Shown piece after piece: positions 1 to 27,054 of a DNA stretch of 64,000 nucleotides. A program made the position numbers and the translations under genes. Positions within the stretch are counted from its first letter, which is position 1. Every line of letters starts with the position of its first letter. The notes beneath the pieces were generated by a model that had not been told where the DNA came from, did not search any database, and saw only the letters and a list, made by a program, of their open reading frames with translations. Source of the DNA: the human T2T-CHM13v2.0 reference genome, Homo sapiens; the NCBI RefSeq assembly GCF_009914755.1, contig NC_060932.1. One strand, given 5' to 3'.

Positions 1-1060
<1,060 letters not shown>

Positions 1061-1077
1061 TATCAAGCTAATTTATT

Positions 1078-1258
1078 TTTTTCTCTGATTTTCTTTTTTT
1101 TCTTTTTTTTATTTTTTTTTATTATACTTTAAGTTCTAGGATACATGTGCACAACGTGCAGGTTTGTTACATATGTATACATGTGCCATGTTGGTGTGCT
1201 GCACCCATTAACTCGTCATTTACATTAGGTATATCTCCTAATGCTATCCCCCCTCCCC
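1078..1258 (-). mobile_element. 5'-truncated L1PA 3' end
   Basis: ttattatactttaagttctagg...ctatccccctcccc; TSD aatttatt at 1070-1077 and 1259-1266. Confidence 0.9.
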
Positions 1259-1516
1259 AATTTATTAACATATATAAAATATATAAAGTGTGTGTGTGTA
1301 TATATATATACCACAGACAAAAATCAGCAAATACATGTGCTATTAAAACATAAACAGAATACTTTAGAGTATTTGAACATGTATTTGGTCTCAAAGTAAA
1401 TCTCAAAAAGTTTTAACAAGCCAATCCTAACAAGATTCAAATAAACTGGAAACCAATAACAAAAAAGTAACAAAAAAATTATATAAAGAAATGTTAAAAT
1501 ACGCTTCTAAATAACT

Positions 1517-1829
<313 letters not shown>

Positions 1830-2280
1830 TAAATCTTAAGTCAAAAAAAAAGTATAATGGAAATTAGAAAATAGTATGCATCAAAACGTATAAGATGCCG
1901 CTAAAGTTCTGCTTAGGAAAAAATGCATAGATGTCATTGATCATAATTGAAAAAAATAAAAATGACAATAGGGGAGCTAAACTTCATATATGTTATATAT
2001 TGCTATGTTACAAGCTAGGCTGAAACTTAGTGGCTTAAAGACATAACAATTTATTATTTCTCCTGAATCTGTAGGATGGCTGGGCAGTTATTCTGTTGAC
2101 CTTACCTGCATGTCCTGATGTGGCTACATTTGTTGGCAGGGACTGGGCTCCGCTGGGATGGCTAGACCTCTGTCTATTTGATTTTATATCCTTAAGGCGC
2201 CTAAACTGGCCTTTTTCACATGGCAACATAAATGTCCACAAGGGAATCCCCAGTGCAAAGTGCTTATCAAGTCTCTGCTA

Positions 2281-3106
<826 letters not shown>

Positions 3107-3581
3107 TCAATGATTGATACCCCTCCCGCATGCAAGGGGCATTTATCCCCAGTCAGGACTCCGAAGTCATCAGGGACAACGTCCATGACAACATGATCTG
3201 CAAGGTTCAAATGTAGATGACGCTTCTCAAGTCCAACTTCTCTGGATCCAGAGACCCATGTACTAAAAAGACAAGTTATCTGCTCACATACGCACCCAGC
3301 ATACAATGGTGAGGCAGAGATAGGACAGTCACAATAGACACCCCCCTCCAAAAACAAAAAGGAGTAATGGAAGGCATATAGTAACCACCAACCCATAGCC
3401 AGACAAATTTGATTAAGACCCTGGATTAACCCACTTGGGCTGCTATAACAAAATACACAGAAGGGATGGCTTAAGCAATATAATATTTTTAAGCAGCCTT
3501 TAATTTTTATTCTAAAAAAGTTTGAATTTACACAAAAATACAGAGAATAGTATAGTTAACCCATTATGTCTGTCATCTAGC

Positions 3582-3768
3582 TTCTTTTTTATTTTTCAAT
3601 AGTTTTTGGGAAACAGGTGGTGTTTGGTTGCATGGAAAACTTCTTTAGTGGTGATTTCTGAGATTTTGGTGCACCCATCACTCAGGCAGTGTACACTGCA
3701 CCCAATGTGTAGTCTTTTATCCCTCGGCTCCCTCCCACCCTTTCTCTCGAGTCCCCAGAGTCCATTTT
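3582..3768 (-). mobile_element. L1 (L1PB-like) 3' end with poly(A), fused to U6
   Basis: ATGGACTCTGGGGAC...GGGTGCACCAAAATCTCAGAAATCACCACTAAAGAA...AATAAAAAA on - strand. Confidence 0.85.
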
Positions 3769-3783
3769 AAAATATGGAATGTT

Positions 3784-4063
3784 GGCCAGGCGCAGTGGCT
3801 CACGCTTGTAATCCCAGCACCTTGGGAGGCCAAGGCAATCAGGTCACTTGAGCTCAAGAGTTCAAGACCAGCCTGGGCAATATGGTGAAACCCCGTCTCT
3901 ACCAAAAATACAAAAACACTATTAGCCAGGTGTGGTGGCACATGTCTGTGGTCCCAGCTACTTAGGAGGCTGAGGCAGGAGGATCACTTGAACCCAGGAG
4001 ATGGAGGTTGTAGCGAGCCAAGATTGTGCCACTGCACTCCAGCCTGGGAAACAGAGCTAGACT

Positions 4064-4066
<3 letters not shown>
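3784..4066 (+). mobile_element. Alu inserted inside the U6 pseudogene
   Basis: GGCCAGGCGCAGTGG start directly after the U6 3' segment; tail replaced by TA repeat. Confidence 0.92.
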
Positions 4067-4107
<41 letters not shown>

Positions 4108-4757
4108 ATGTGTGTATATATATATATATGGATGTGTGTATATATATATGTATATACATGGATGTATATATACACATATACACATATATGTATATATACA
4201 CATATATGTATATATACACATATATGTATATACACATATACACATATACACATATATGTATGTGTACACATACACATATATACATATATGTATATATACA
4301 TACACACATATATACATATATGTATATATACACATATACACATATACACATATATGTATATGTACACTGATACACATATATGTATATGTACACGGATACA
4401 CATATATGTATATGTACACAGATACACATATATACATATACACATATGTACACACGTATGTATGTATACACACATGTACACATATATGTATATACACATA
4501 TGTACATACATGTATATACACATATATGCACATATACACATATATGTATATACACGTGTGTGTATATACACGTGTGTATATACACATATATGTATATATA
4601 CATATACATATATGTGTATATACACATATATGTATATATACACATATATGTATATATACACATATATGTATATATACACATATATGTATATATACACATA
4701 TATGTATATATACACATATATGTATATATACACATATATGTATATATACATATATAT
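4067..4757. repeat. ~690-bp compound (TA)n/(CATA/TATG) micro/minisatellite, 18-bp unit TATATATACACATATATG near its end
   Basis: Directly visible. Confidence 0.97.
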
Positions 4758-4856
4758 CTTCAAAAATTTGCATGCCATCCTTGCACAGCCACCACGCTAA
4801 TCTTCTCTGTATCATTCCAATTTTTAGTATATGTGCTGCCAAAGCAATCACAACAA

Positions 4857-5140
4857 TGGAAATTTATTTCTCAGAGTTCTAGAGGCTGGGAAGTCCAAGA
4901 TCACAGTGCCAGCCAACTTGATTCCTGGTGAGGGTGCTCCTTCTGGTTTGCAGACAGCTGTAAAGCTCTGGTGTCTCTTCCTCTTCTTATAAGGACACCA
5001 GCCCTATTGGATTGGGGCCCCATTCTTATGACCTCATCTAATCTTATTACCTCCTCATAGGCACTGTCTCCAAGCATAGTCACACTGAAGGACAGAGCTT
5101 TAACATATGAATTTGAGGGGAGACATAATTCAGGCCATGC
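4857..5140 (-). mobile_element. MaLR LTR (MLT1-like); its other end lies at ~3430-3480
   Basis: aaatttatttctcagagttctagaggctgggaagtccaagatc...aacatatgaatttgagggg. Confidence 0.7.
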
Positions 5141-5369
5141 CAGACACCCTATTCTGGAGGCAGAGAATGTTCCTAGTTTAGGGCCTAGTTTTACATCCTG
5201 GGAATGGTTTCCTAATCCACTATTCCTCACAGTTCTGGGCTTCTTCTGGCTCTGTTCTCCAAGAGTTCCTATCTACACAACTGCTTGGTAGAGTGCAATA
5301 TCTAGTAAGGTGGAAGGTGCCTATAGCCTGTGATCCATAAATTTCAATTCTAGGAAGTAGGCCCACAAG

Positions 5370-5550
5370 TTACTAACGTTGTGACCTTGAGCAAATAACC
5401 TCTCTCTGTGACTTAACTTCCTTCTGTGCCTCAGTTTCCCATCTGTAAAATGGAGAAATAATATGGAGTTCCTCATAGTCCTATTATGAGAATTAAATCA
5501 ATCGGTACTTGTCAAGTGTTTAGAACAGTGCTTGGCAGTTAATATGCACT
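5370..5550. mobile_element. MIR
   Basis: gtgaccttgagcaa...cctcagtttcccatctgtaaaatgg core. Confidence 0.75.
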
Positions 5551-5916
5551 ATTTTTGAAATAATCTCAACATAGATCTATTTTTTTTTAAATACTATCCA
5601 ACAGTAAGAGAATAAATACAATAATTGGGTTAAAGCCATAGAGAAATATTATGAAGCGGTTGAAAGGAATGACCCAGAGGAATGAACATAACTTTATAAA
5701 CTTATGTAAAGTTGTAATATATTCAAACTATTCTTCACATAATCGTGCATTTGTCTGTAATTAAAATTTTTTAATATTCATGGGAATGATGAACTCCAAA
5801 ATTAGAATAGTGGTTACCTCTGGGAAAAGAAAGAGACTAATGAGTTTGGGGAGTGATACACAGTGCCTGTAACTATACCTAGTGACTTAGATTCTTCAAA
5901 TATAGGGATCTGATAT

Positions 5917-6682
<766 letters not shown>

Positions 6683-7133
6683 TAGGGATCTGAAATAGCT
6701 ATAAGATAGCAGGATATTTGATATACTATTCTCCGTGCTCTTCTCATATTTGATGTATTTTGTAATAAATTTTAAAATTAATAATTATTCACAAGAAAAT
6801 ATATAATTGAGCACTGAGGCTGAATCTCCTGTTTTGGTCTCTGCAGATGCCTGACACACAGAAGAGAGCACTTGCAGTCCAGAAGACCCACCCTTGTTCC
6901 ACCCTTTCAAAATTTCCATCGTAACTGATGTCACTAGGTCAAGAAAACATCCCAGCAACTGAGCTGGGGAGGAAATTGAATAAGAATGTACTTAAGGGAG
7001 GTGGATATAGTGTAAAGTAGGACAGAGATTCTCAACCCTGTTTCCTCTACAGCATACCCGAGAAATGAAAGTCACATCTGAAACTTACTCCCAAGAGTAA
7101 GCAGATATGTTTTTAAAGAGCTACGATTAGCTA

Positions 7134-7413
7134 GGCCAGGCGCGGTGGCTCACGCCTGTAATCCCAGCACTTCGGGAGGCCATGGCGGGCGGATCACGGG
7201 GTCAGGAGATTAAGACCATCCTGGCTAACATGGTGAAACCCCGTCTCTACTAAAAATACAAAAAATTAGCCGGTCGTGGTGGTGGGTGCCCGTAGCCCCA
7301 GCTACTCAGGAGGCTGAGGCAGGAGAACGGCGTCAACCCGGGAGGCGGAGCTTGCAGTGAGCCGAGGTTGCGCCACTGCACTGCAGCCTGGGCGACAGAG
7401 CGAGACACCGTCT

Positions 7414-7447
<34 letters not shown>
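7134..7447 (+). mobile_element. AluY with long A tail
   Basis: TSD aagagcta(c/a)gattagcta on both sides; Y-type gaccatcctggctaac. Confidence 0.92.
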
Positions 7448-7451
<4 letters not shown>

Positions 7452-7866
7452 TAAGATTAGCTATGGGTTATGCACCGCTTCATCATCTGCTGTCTACCAG
7501 CTATAAGTCCACCTCTTTCTCTTCCTCATATCAGGAGGGAACAAAACCCCTGACCTAAGGTTTGAAAACAGTAAGTCATTGATGTTGGACATCTGACCTC
7601 CTGACCAAACTAGACCAGGGAACCAGGCTTGCCTAGCCTAGGGCATGGTTGTGGATACTGGTGATACCGTCTGTCTCGATACCCTCTGCTGTTTCCTTAT
7701 TATTTCTTCTTATTCTCTCCCACAAATGCAGTTTTGAGAGTAAATCATGAACCCAGAGGAGGAAAGCATGGGAATAGGGCAAGTTAGGACCCATGAGAAT
7801 AGACTGAGGGATTGAAAGAGGATACCACATTCACTGCTGGAGCCAGTCACTAACAGCGGTTGTTAG

Positions 7867-11026
<3,160 letters not shown>

Positions 11027-11139
11027 TAAATATCATGGTTTTGAATAAGCACAGTGTCAATTTCTCTAATTTGTGTCATCATTCCACATATAGGGTGGGC
11101 TGTTGTATAAGGTGAAGAAAATTGATGTATGATCCATTG

Positions 11140-11870
11140 GTTACTCATTCATTCAATATGTGTTGAATACCTAGTATGAGACAGGCACTGTTGCGAACAA
11201 TATGGACATAGTATAGAACAAGATAGACAAAAATCCCTGTCCTTGTGGAATTTATATTCTAGAAAGAGGGGGTAGGAAAAGTAATAATAAAGTAAATTAT
11301 ATAGTAAGTCAGAAGATAAGGGTTATAGGAGAAAATAGAACAGAATAAGGGAAATCCAAAGTCCTAGGGCAGAAATGGGGAAGTGAAATTATCATTAGAG
11401 TGGTTTGGTTTCCTTACTGCTGTTCACCAAATACATATGGTTTTTGATCTCCAGGCTTATACTAGGATTGTACTTCCCTATCATATTAAAGTTAAGTACA
11501 GCCATAGGACTTGTTTTGGCCAATGGAATGTGAGCAGAAATGATGTGTGTGATTTCTGGACAGAAGCTTTAAGTATAGTGTGTGATTCTCCACATGCCTC
11601 TCCCACTGCTGCATGCCATAGGAAGCTTCACTTGGCCAGAATTCCTGAATAACATCATGAGCCAAAGCCCCTGCCAACCTGTGTTAGACACTTGGTGTGA
11701 GCTACATATTAAGCTAATGAGATTTTGGTCTTGTTTGTTACTGCAGCATAACCCGACCTATCCTAACTGATGCAAGTTGTCAGGGTAGACCCCACTAAGA
11801 CAGCAAATGATAGTGGCTTGAACCTGAGTGACAATAGCAGAAGAGATGAGAAGTCATCAGAATCTGGAAA
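11140..11870. mobile_element. L2 fragment interrupted by an MLT1-type LTR (~11395-11770)
   Basis: cattcattcaa...tgaatacctagtatgagacaggcactg; ttggccaatggaatgtgagcagaa...ttgtttgttactgcagcataacc. Confidence 0.65.
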
Positions 11871-14800
11871 TATTTTGCTGTATGGAAAAGAGTTAAGTCC
11901 TATATGATTGAAAATGTGAGACCAGTTCAGCAGACTACATTGATTCTAATAGTATGTCAGAGACATTTTGTGTAAAAAGGGGAAATATACTTGTGTAAAA
12001 AGGGGAAGGGTTCTAGGGGCAATCTTTTATGGTCTGGTGACAATCTGGAAGGAAATAAATAATCTATCTAGCAGGTTTACAACAGCATAAGCAACCTACT
12101 AAATATTAGGAGATTTTACTGTCCGCAATGAGATTTCTGACTTGTATAGTGGAGCATTATTGCCCTCTAGTGATAAAAGAGAAAATGTACTTAGAGAAAA
12201 GGAAAGTGACAACCAATGATTCTGGGAAACACTCAATTCGAAATTTGGGGTATTCTTTGGGCCATGACTGGTTGCTTTCTAACAACTTTTGACTGGGAGA
12301 CACCATGAGCAATTGTATATCTGAGAAGATAAAATCTGGCATTGCTTTTCAAAGTTATCCATAATTTTCAAAAAAGTGAGAATCCTGAATCCGTGTTGGT
12401 TAAGGTGCCAGGATTATTGTAAGTATAAGAATTAGTAGTGATATCTACTACACAAATATTTTATTGTCTTCCATAAAAGATAGGGACAAGTAAGGGGATG
12501 AAGATTAATGTGTGTAACTGATAATTCCTGAACTTGGTGTTCTTTGTTTTGCTTTGTTTTTTTAACCAGTTGCACAAATGAGGAACGGTGAGAGACTTCC
12601 TGTTAGTAATTCAGTGAAATAGTAGTTAGTGAAATAGAGTGGCATTTTTTTTGTCACTTTCATAAGCTCAATATGAAGTAGTAGAGAGATGTAGCTTCCC
12701 AAAAGGCTGCAATCATGAAATGTTTATCCAAAAGAAAGTAATATATCCATTGAACTTCATATAATTATGCTGGAACAACCAGTATAATTTATTTAATCAA
12801 GATACAAATATTGTTGCATCTCTTATTTTACTTAACTAAACCAAGCAGAATCCCAATACTTTGGATAAGTTGGAGGTATAATTTCTTTCAAGGGACTTCT
12901 CTTCTTCTGCCCACTTATTCAAGAATCCCAGGATGTTGTCCAGAATGGATGAACATATTTCTGAAATGCCTTCTGGAGAGCAATCCAGAGGATCCAATCC
13001 ATCACCAGCAGACCTAACTTTCAGCTACCATTGTTGTTGCCACATTATGAATACTGGTCTTTCCCAGTCTGGTATATTCTTTTCCACTGTTCTTTTCCAT
13101 CCATATTCCTATGCAGGTCACAGTGGTGTCCTCCTCCCTCACTTCCCAGGTAATAGCTCTCCAGGTTAAAACCACATATGCAGACATTCTTCCCAACACA
13201 CTCATTGTGCCCTTGTGGATCCAGGACAATTCCAGTTCCAGACATAGCCACAAGCTAACCCAGAACCCACTTTTTCCCAAGACTATGTAGAATCGGGTAA
13301 TAACCCAGAATTCCCGGTCTTCACTCATCCTTCTCTCCCCTAAGAGCTGCCTCTAACCATCCAAAAGGTACTATTTATGAGGAAGTCCAAAAGAGATGTG
13401 TGAGAGATACTGCATACTCTTCCAGTAGCCACCTGGGTTTCCATGAAAATGTACTTCTGCTTAAGCAAACTTTCATCTCTGCATATTTTAAAAAGCAGCC
13501 TTCATCAAGCCCTTTTTAAAAGGCTTTGTTGTACATTTCCCCAAGAGCAATAGATGTCTGCTTACCCTATCTTTACTTATGAACCACAAAGAACAAAGAA
13601 GATCCGCTTTGGAATGACTCACTTTATCCTCCCATGCAGGAAGATCAAAGGCCAAGTTTAAATGGCAGCTTCTCTGACATCCATATCTTAATTACAGTCT
13701 GGGTGCCACATTTAAGCATAAATCTTATTCTAGAAATATATCTTATAAATCTAAACATATGTACATTAAAGATCTAAACTATAATAAAGTCTCTGACTCC
13801 AGTGTTTGGAGCAGCTACAACATAAACTCATGTACAAAAGATATGTTCGGATGTTCATTATTGCATTGTTGAAAATAGGGAACAAAATTGAAAATGTGGT
13901 AAATGTATATTGATATTGATAAAGGAATGGTGAGATTAAATTATAATATATCCATATGATGGAATACTATGCAGCTGTGAAAAGAATAGATTTATTCTTT
14001 GTGAAAAAATTCTGGACATTGTGTATAATTTCTATAATAATAACCAAAAAATGTTAACAGAAATTATTTCTAGGTAGAGAGACCACACTGAGAGGATGAA
14101 ACGAAGGGGGCCATGGGGAGTTGGGCAGATATAGACTTTTTTCTTTTTGGAGACAGGGTCTTGCTCTGTCGTGACTGACACGGTCATAGCTCATTGCAGC
14201 CTCAGACTCCTGGGCTCAAGTGATCCTCCTACCTCAGCCCCCTGAGTAGCTGAGATTACAGGCATGTGCCACCATGCCTAGCCAGATACAGACTCTTTCT
14301 TTTCTCTTTATATCCTTCTAAACTGTTCGAATGTTTTACAAAGAACTTGCATTGCTTTTCTTTTTTCAATTATGAAATATGCATATTTTAACTTATATAT
14401 AGTTGTGAATGATTTATCTATATAATTTAATTAAATATAATTTAACTTGATAAATACTCATAATTTTGAATATTTTAATGTAAGGAAGAAATGTGTCTTT
14501 TCTCCTTTAATAAGGAAAGATTGTGCTGGGGATTTAAAAAACAAAAAACAACAACAACAAAAAAAAACATGATCAAACCTAGGTAGATGACCAGATGGTG
14601 GAGGATCCAAAAGCTAGGTAAAGTAAGAAATGATTGAGAGTGTTTTGGATTTTTAACTTGAATAAAAAATAGAGCTGTCTTCAAATATCTACAGTAAGGG
14701 AATTCCACTTTTATGTTTGTGAGGGCAAGATGATTTGAACCAATCCTATCACACACGGAAACTAACAAAACTGAGCAAAATATGAAAAGACATCTTCCCG

Positions 14801-14939
14801 AAGGCATCACAGAGCTAGCAAAATCATGAAGATTTACTATTTCTGGATCCAGGGAAGACAGGAACTCCTATAAATTATGTGGGCATTATTCCCATCCTGC
14901 CCTTCATCCACTAGAAAATGATTTACTTAGAAACAATGT

Positions 14940-16900
<1,961 letters not shown>

Positions 16901-17797
16901 TTTTTAGTATGTGACCTATTTCCTCCCAAGGCAAGTGCTATAATTCCAAGAGGTTATCATTCTTTTGCTGTGTGGCTTATTTCCTCCCAAAGCAGGGACT
17001 GTCTTTCCCTGTTAAGGTTGAGATCTGACTCTAGTTATTGGCCTGGAGGCAGAGATGTGGCAGGACTCAGTTTTAAGAAAAAATGCTATCTTACAAGGCA
17101 TCTGCTTCAGGTGAGGCCGTTACATGGTCTCTAGACAAGGAAGGCTAATCCCCTTCAGCAAGAAGGAAGGGGCTGCTATGCCAGAAAGAAAGACTTAGGA
17201 AGATGTCGATGTTCAAGTTCTTCTGATTCCTTGAACAGTCCAATTCCAAAATTCCATCCTGTACAACTTTCACACCAATTGTCTTAACACAAGTCCTCTA
17301 GAAAGCAGAACTCAAGCAAAAAAAAAGAAAAACATTTCTGGCACTTGGACAGAAGCATGTCCAAAGACACAGGGTGAGGGAAAAAAGTGAGACAAATAAA
17401 GATGTGATGCAATGGCATGCAATGGATTGCGGCACTGCTTCACAATGAGCTACAGACACACAGTAGGTCGCTTTGCAGGCAGGTTCACTCTGCACAAAGG
17501 ACTTCTCCAGAAGAGTTGCAAAAAGAAAACACATCTTGCAGTAATCCCTGAAAAGATAGGAATTTATTTCCCATTGGTCATTGCTCATTCCATTGAGCTA
17601 ATTCCCTAAACAACTGAGTTGCACCATCTGGGCTCCCGGCAGCCACACAGGAAACCATATTCCACACCTTGCAATGTGTCGTCTTATTCAAATCTCAAAG
17701 TGGAGGGGTGACCTGGTGTGGGTGTGACACCAACCACGTGAAAGGAGAAGGCAGTTAAGAGCCTCTGAGAAGGTGTACAAGTGGTGCTGATATAGTG

Positions 17798-18277
<480 letters not shown>

Positions 18278-18319
18278 TGAATATTAAAATGACTCTTGAG
18301 CTTGCCCAATAACCTGGAC

Positions 18320-23467
<5,148 letters not shown>

Positions 23468-23954
23468 CTACATTCTCTTTTATTCCATATCCTTCTACTA
23501 AGGAGAAATGGGGTAAGGATTTAGTGGGATATACATAAAGTAAAGCTGTGTTTCTTCTATCAGTTAAAATTTCTACTGTTTTACTGATGAAAAGAGGATA
23601 GTTTTATTATGCAATAGTCTTAATAAGGGTTTGTTTTAAATTGGTTCTTATTGGTTGGTGAAAAGTAACTGCAGTTTTAAATGGCAAAAATCATTAAACA
23701 CATAAGATATAAAACTGGGGCTTTGAGGTTATGAAGCTTAACTAAGTGTAACCATGCAATCTCTGATGGGTTGGGAGGCTTGGAGATTTAATTATTTTTT
23801 TCAAACGCTATTTTTTGGCAGAGGCTTCCACACCATTTGTAAATTACTTTTTGAAAACATTTACCAAAAGACTAAGGTACGACTACCACATAAAATTACT
23901 GTTTAGGGAGACAGAAATTCTGCATGAACTTTCCCCTTTGGGAAAAAGGGTTTA

Positions 23955-24802
23955 AAAAAACAAAAAGTAACATTTATTTGCGCCTAGGCTAATAGAAAGA
24001 ATGAGACTAAACCCCTTGTTTGTTTTTATTGATTCTTTTTAAGATTGAAACAGACTATTACAACAATATTTGAGATTTCACAGAGAACTGCATGCTTTTG
24101 TTATTAAAAGACTTTTGTTGAAAAATTTGACCTTTACCTCTTATGAACGAAAGAAATATAGAGGTTTCAAGCATTTTTGCCAGCACAGAGTCATTCACAA
24201 CAACCTTCTAGATGCTTATTTTCCACCTTTTCCTACAGAAGGTAATATTCAGTTACCAGAAGGCCATCTCCACCACTGAATGATTCAAAGCTTCAGAGCT
24301 CAAAAGTGATCAGAACTCACAAATTAGCATAATTAGTCCAAAGCTTGATTTAAATGTTTGAAGAACAGCAAACATCAAATAATATAATACCAAATAGAAT
24401 ATTATAGTCTCTATGAGGTAATAACTCATCAGCTACAACCACCTAAAACTGAAATTTTCTGTACTTAGTTTCTATTAGTACAACACCTTCATTCTTAATG
24501 CTTCTTAGGGCATCACAGGTTTTAGAAATTAATGTATTTTTAGCATTCCACAGTAATGATCACTTTCAAAAACTGCAATATACATCTGCATGTTACACTG
24601 ACATACAACACATAAGTATTTTGTCACACATCAACTTTTAGCCTCAAATAATAGAATACAAAAAGCTACACTGGACATAACACCACAGAACTTTTGAATA
24701 TCCCCTTTTCCCAATTGTTAACAGGTAGTACTTTTTTTCTAAAGAGAAAGTGATGAAAAATCCAAAATTTCTGCATCCAGTGTTTGACTCCAACTTTCTA
24801 CT
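23955..24802 (-). other. SARAF: SARAF 3' UTR (end approximate)
   Basis: Repeat-free AT-rich sequence after the stop codon, ending near AATAAA hexamers. Confidence 0.75.
23973..24030 (-). terminator. SARAF polyadenylation signals (AATAAA at 24030-24025 and 23978-23973)
   Basis: Two tttatt on + strand about 800 nt past the stop codon. Confidence 0.7.
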
Positions 24803-24828
24803 TTATCGTCTCCTGGTACCACCATATC
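24803..24828 (-). CDS. SARAF: SARAF exon 6 coding part (GYGGTRRR-stop)
   Basis: TTCTAG acceptor; TAA at 24805-24803; total CDS 103+179+418+142+152+26=1020 nt. Confidence 0.95.
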
Positions 24829-25450
24829 CTAGAATGAGAGGGGTAAAATTTACATTAGTTTTTAAAAATGCATTAGAATTGCTTATAAAATTACAAGTCA
24901 TACATGTTTATTGTCAGCAAATGAATGAGATAGGAGGAAAGGAAAGAGTGTGCCACTAGGTGGAACTGGGCTAAGCAGGACAGTGCATCGCCTCCCACAG
25001 CAACCTTCCCAATCATCAAGCCTACTACACTCACACATGGTTGCTGGGAATGACAGTTAGGACCCCAAAAAAGAGAATGCATTCTATAGTGGGGCCACCA
25101 TGGTACAGGCAATACTCAAAGTCTAAGCCAAAAAGACAGAGGCCAGTGGCGCATAAGCCATGCCCTGCTACCTCTCACAACTCCAGTGGTAAGAGACGTA
25201 ATGTGGGGAGGGTTACGGACTTTAGATGCTTAAACGTTACTTAAGACACTGTGCGCACACACACAGGCTACAGGATGACAAGTCTTCCTATCTAGAAAGT
25301 CTCTCAATTATTTTCAGGTTTACATTATTTGGTTTTTATGATTTTCTTTCATATAATTCCCATACATTTCTAGTTCATAGTCATGATTTTATGCAAGTCT
25401 TCTTTCCACTGAGAATGAATATTTTTCTGTCATGATGTCTTACCTAGCCA

Positions 25451-25850
<400 letters not shown>

Positions 25851-26902
25851 TAACACCATAAATTAGTTTTGCCTGTTTTTGCATGTGTATTTTATAAAAT
25901 GTAACTGCTATCATCATAGTGTATATATTATTTTGTGTCTGGCTTCTTTATATTTGGTAGATCTATCCATGTTATTGCACACAACTACTTATTCTTAGTT
26001 GCACAGTAACCCACTGCAATACAGCAAACATAACTCAATTTATTCATCCATTTTACTGCTGATGGATACGTGGGCTGTTTCCAGTTTTGGGCAATTATGA
26101 ATAGGGATGCTATGAAAAGTCTTGTGCTTATCTGCCAGCACACAAGTGTATGCATTTCTGTGGCGATATATCTGAGAGCAAAACTGCTCTGTCCTTTGGA
26201 AGTATGCATAGGTTCAATTTTAGGAGGTAGTACCAGTTTTTTTAATTGAATGTATCAATATATATCCAAACCAGCATTATGAGAATTCTACTCACATTTT
26301 AAAACATATTTAAATATATTTTTCTATCAATTTCAAGAATTAATCATTGTTCTATAACTTCCTTCTCCTGAAAGACAAAGCTACTCCAGAGCAATCTCTC
26401 ATGGCCTCCTTACCCAGCAGCTCCCAATTAGGCTTGATGCTTAATCCAGTTATTCCTTTGTTTTTTTTATATCTTTGCTTTTTACAAAATATCCTCTGAG
26501 CATTCCAATAAACATTACAATCATATTTTTGAAAATTAAAGTATACCTCAATATCTTTTTTGAATGTTATTGAATTTTAAGTTTAAGCTTCTACTTAGAA
26601 AAGTCTAGTTTAGAACTTAAAGGATCTCTAGAGATCACAGAATTAAATATATGGGGAAGCTAGCACCCAGTAAGGTTCAAGTTAAAACCTTGGTCTATGG
26701 TAGAGCTAAGCCTAAATCAAATCCCTGTTTGATTTTTAAAGAATGTTTAAAAGTGGGATCTCAGTTAACTGTGCTATTAATATTTTTGGTAGGTACACCA
26801 AATAAAACCATGGTTGCTAAACAGATAATCATCTTCTAAAGTTCCCAAACTATTTCTGTACTTTACTCCTAGGTAAAAGGAACTTGTATTTTTTGCTCTT
26901 AC

Positions 26903-27054
26903 CTGATGCAGTTCTGGTTTTCGTGTCTGAGTTTGAACATACCGAATAGCTGCCCGAGCCTCCATGAAGGGGTGAGTAAGCCCTATTCCACGTGCCAGGG
27001 TAGGAGGGAGGATAGGACGGGTAGTACCACGAGTCTGAGAAGGGTGTTGCCGCT
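26903..27054 (-). CDS. SARAF: SARAF exon 5 (RAATPFSDSWYYP...TRTAS)
   Basis: TTAAAG acceptor, GTAAG donor, 152 nt, in frame. Confidence 0.95.

Larger units (their letters stand above)
3769..4851 (-). pseudogene. U6 snRNA retropseudogene split by an Alu + microsatellite (5' part 4758-4851, 3' part 3769-3783)
   Basis: Reverse complement reads GTGATTGCTTTGGCAGCACATATACTAAAAATTGGAATGATACAGAGAAGATTAGC...GAAG, and AACATTCCATATTTT for the U6 3' end. Confidence 0.92.

Noticed and set aside
4560-4757. Regular 18-bp repeats resembling a CRISPR array
   Set aside because: No unique spacers; a simple eukaryotic minisatellite
3962-4931. Six overlapping 180-270 aa ORFs (Y/I/H/T/C/M rich)
   Set aside because: Translations of the TA/CA microsatellite, which lacks stop codons
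11968-12007. 17-bp direct repeat ttgtgtaaaaaggggaa with 6-bp spacer
   Set aside because: Ordinary micro-duplication with no further structure
12200-12900. Possible ancient CR1/L3 fragment
   Set aside because: Resemblance too weak to support without an HMM search
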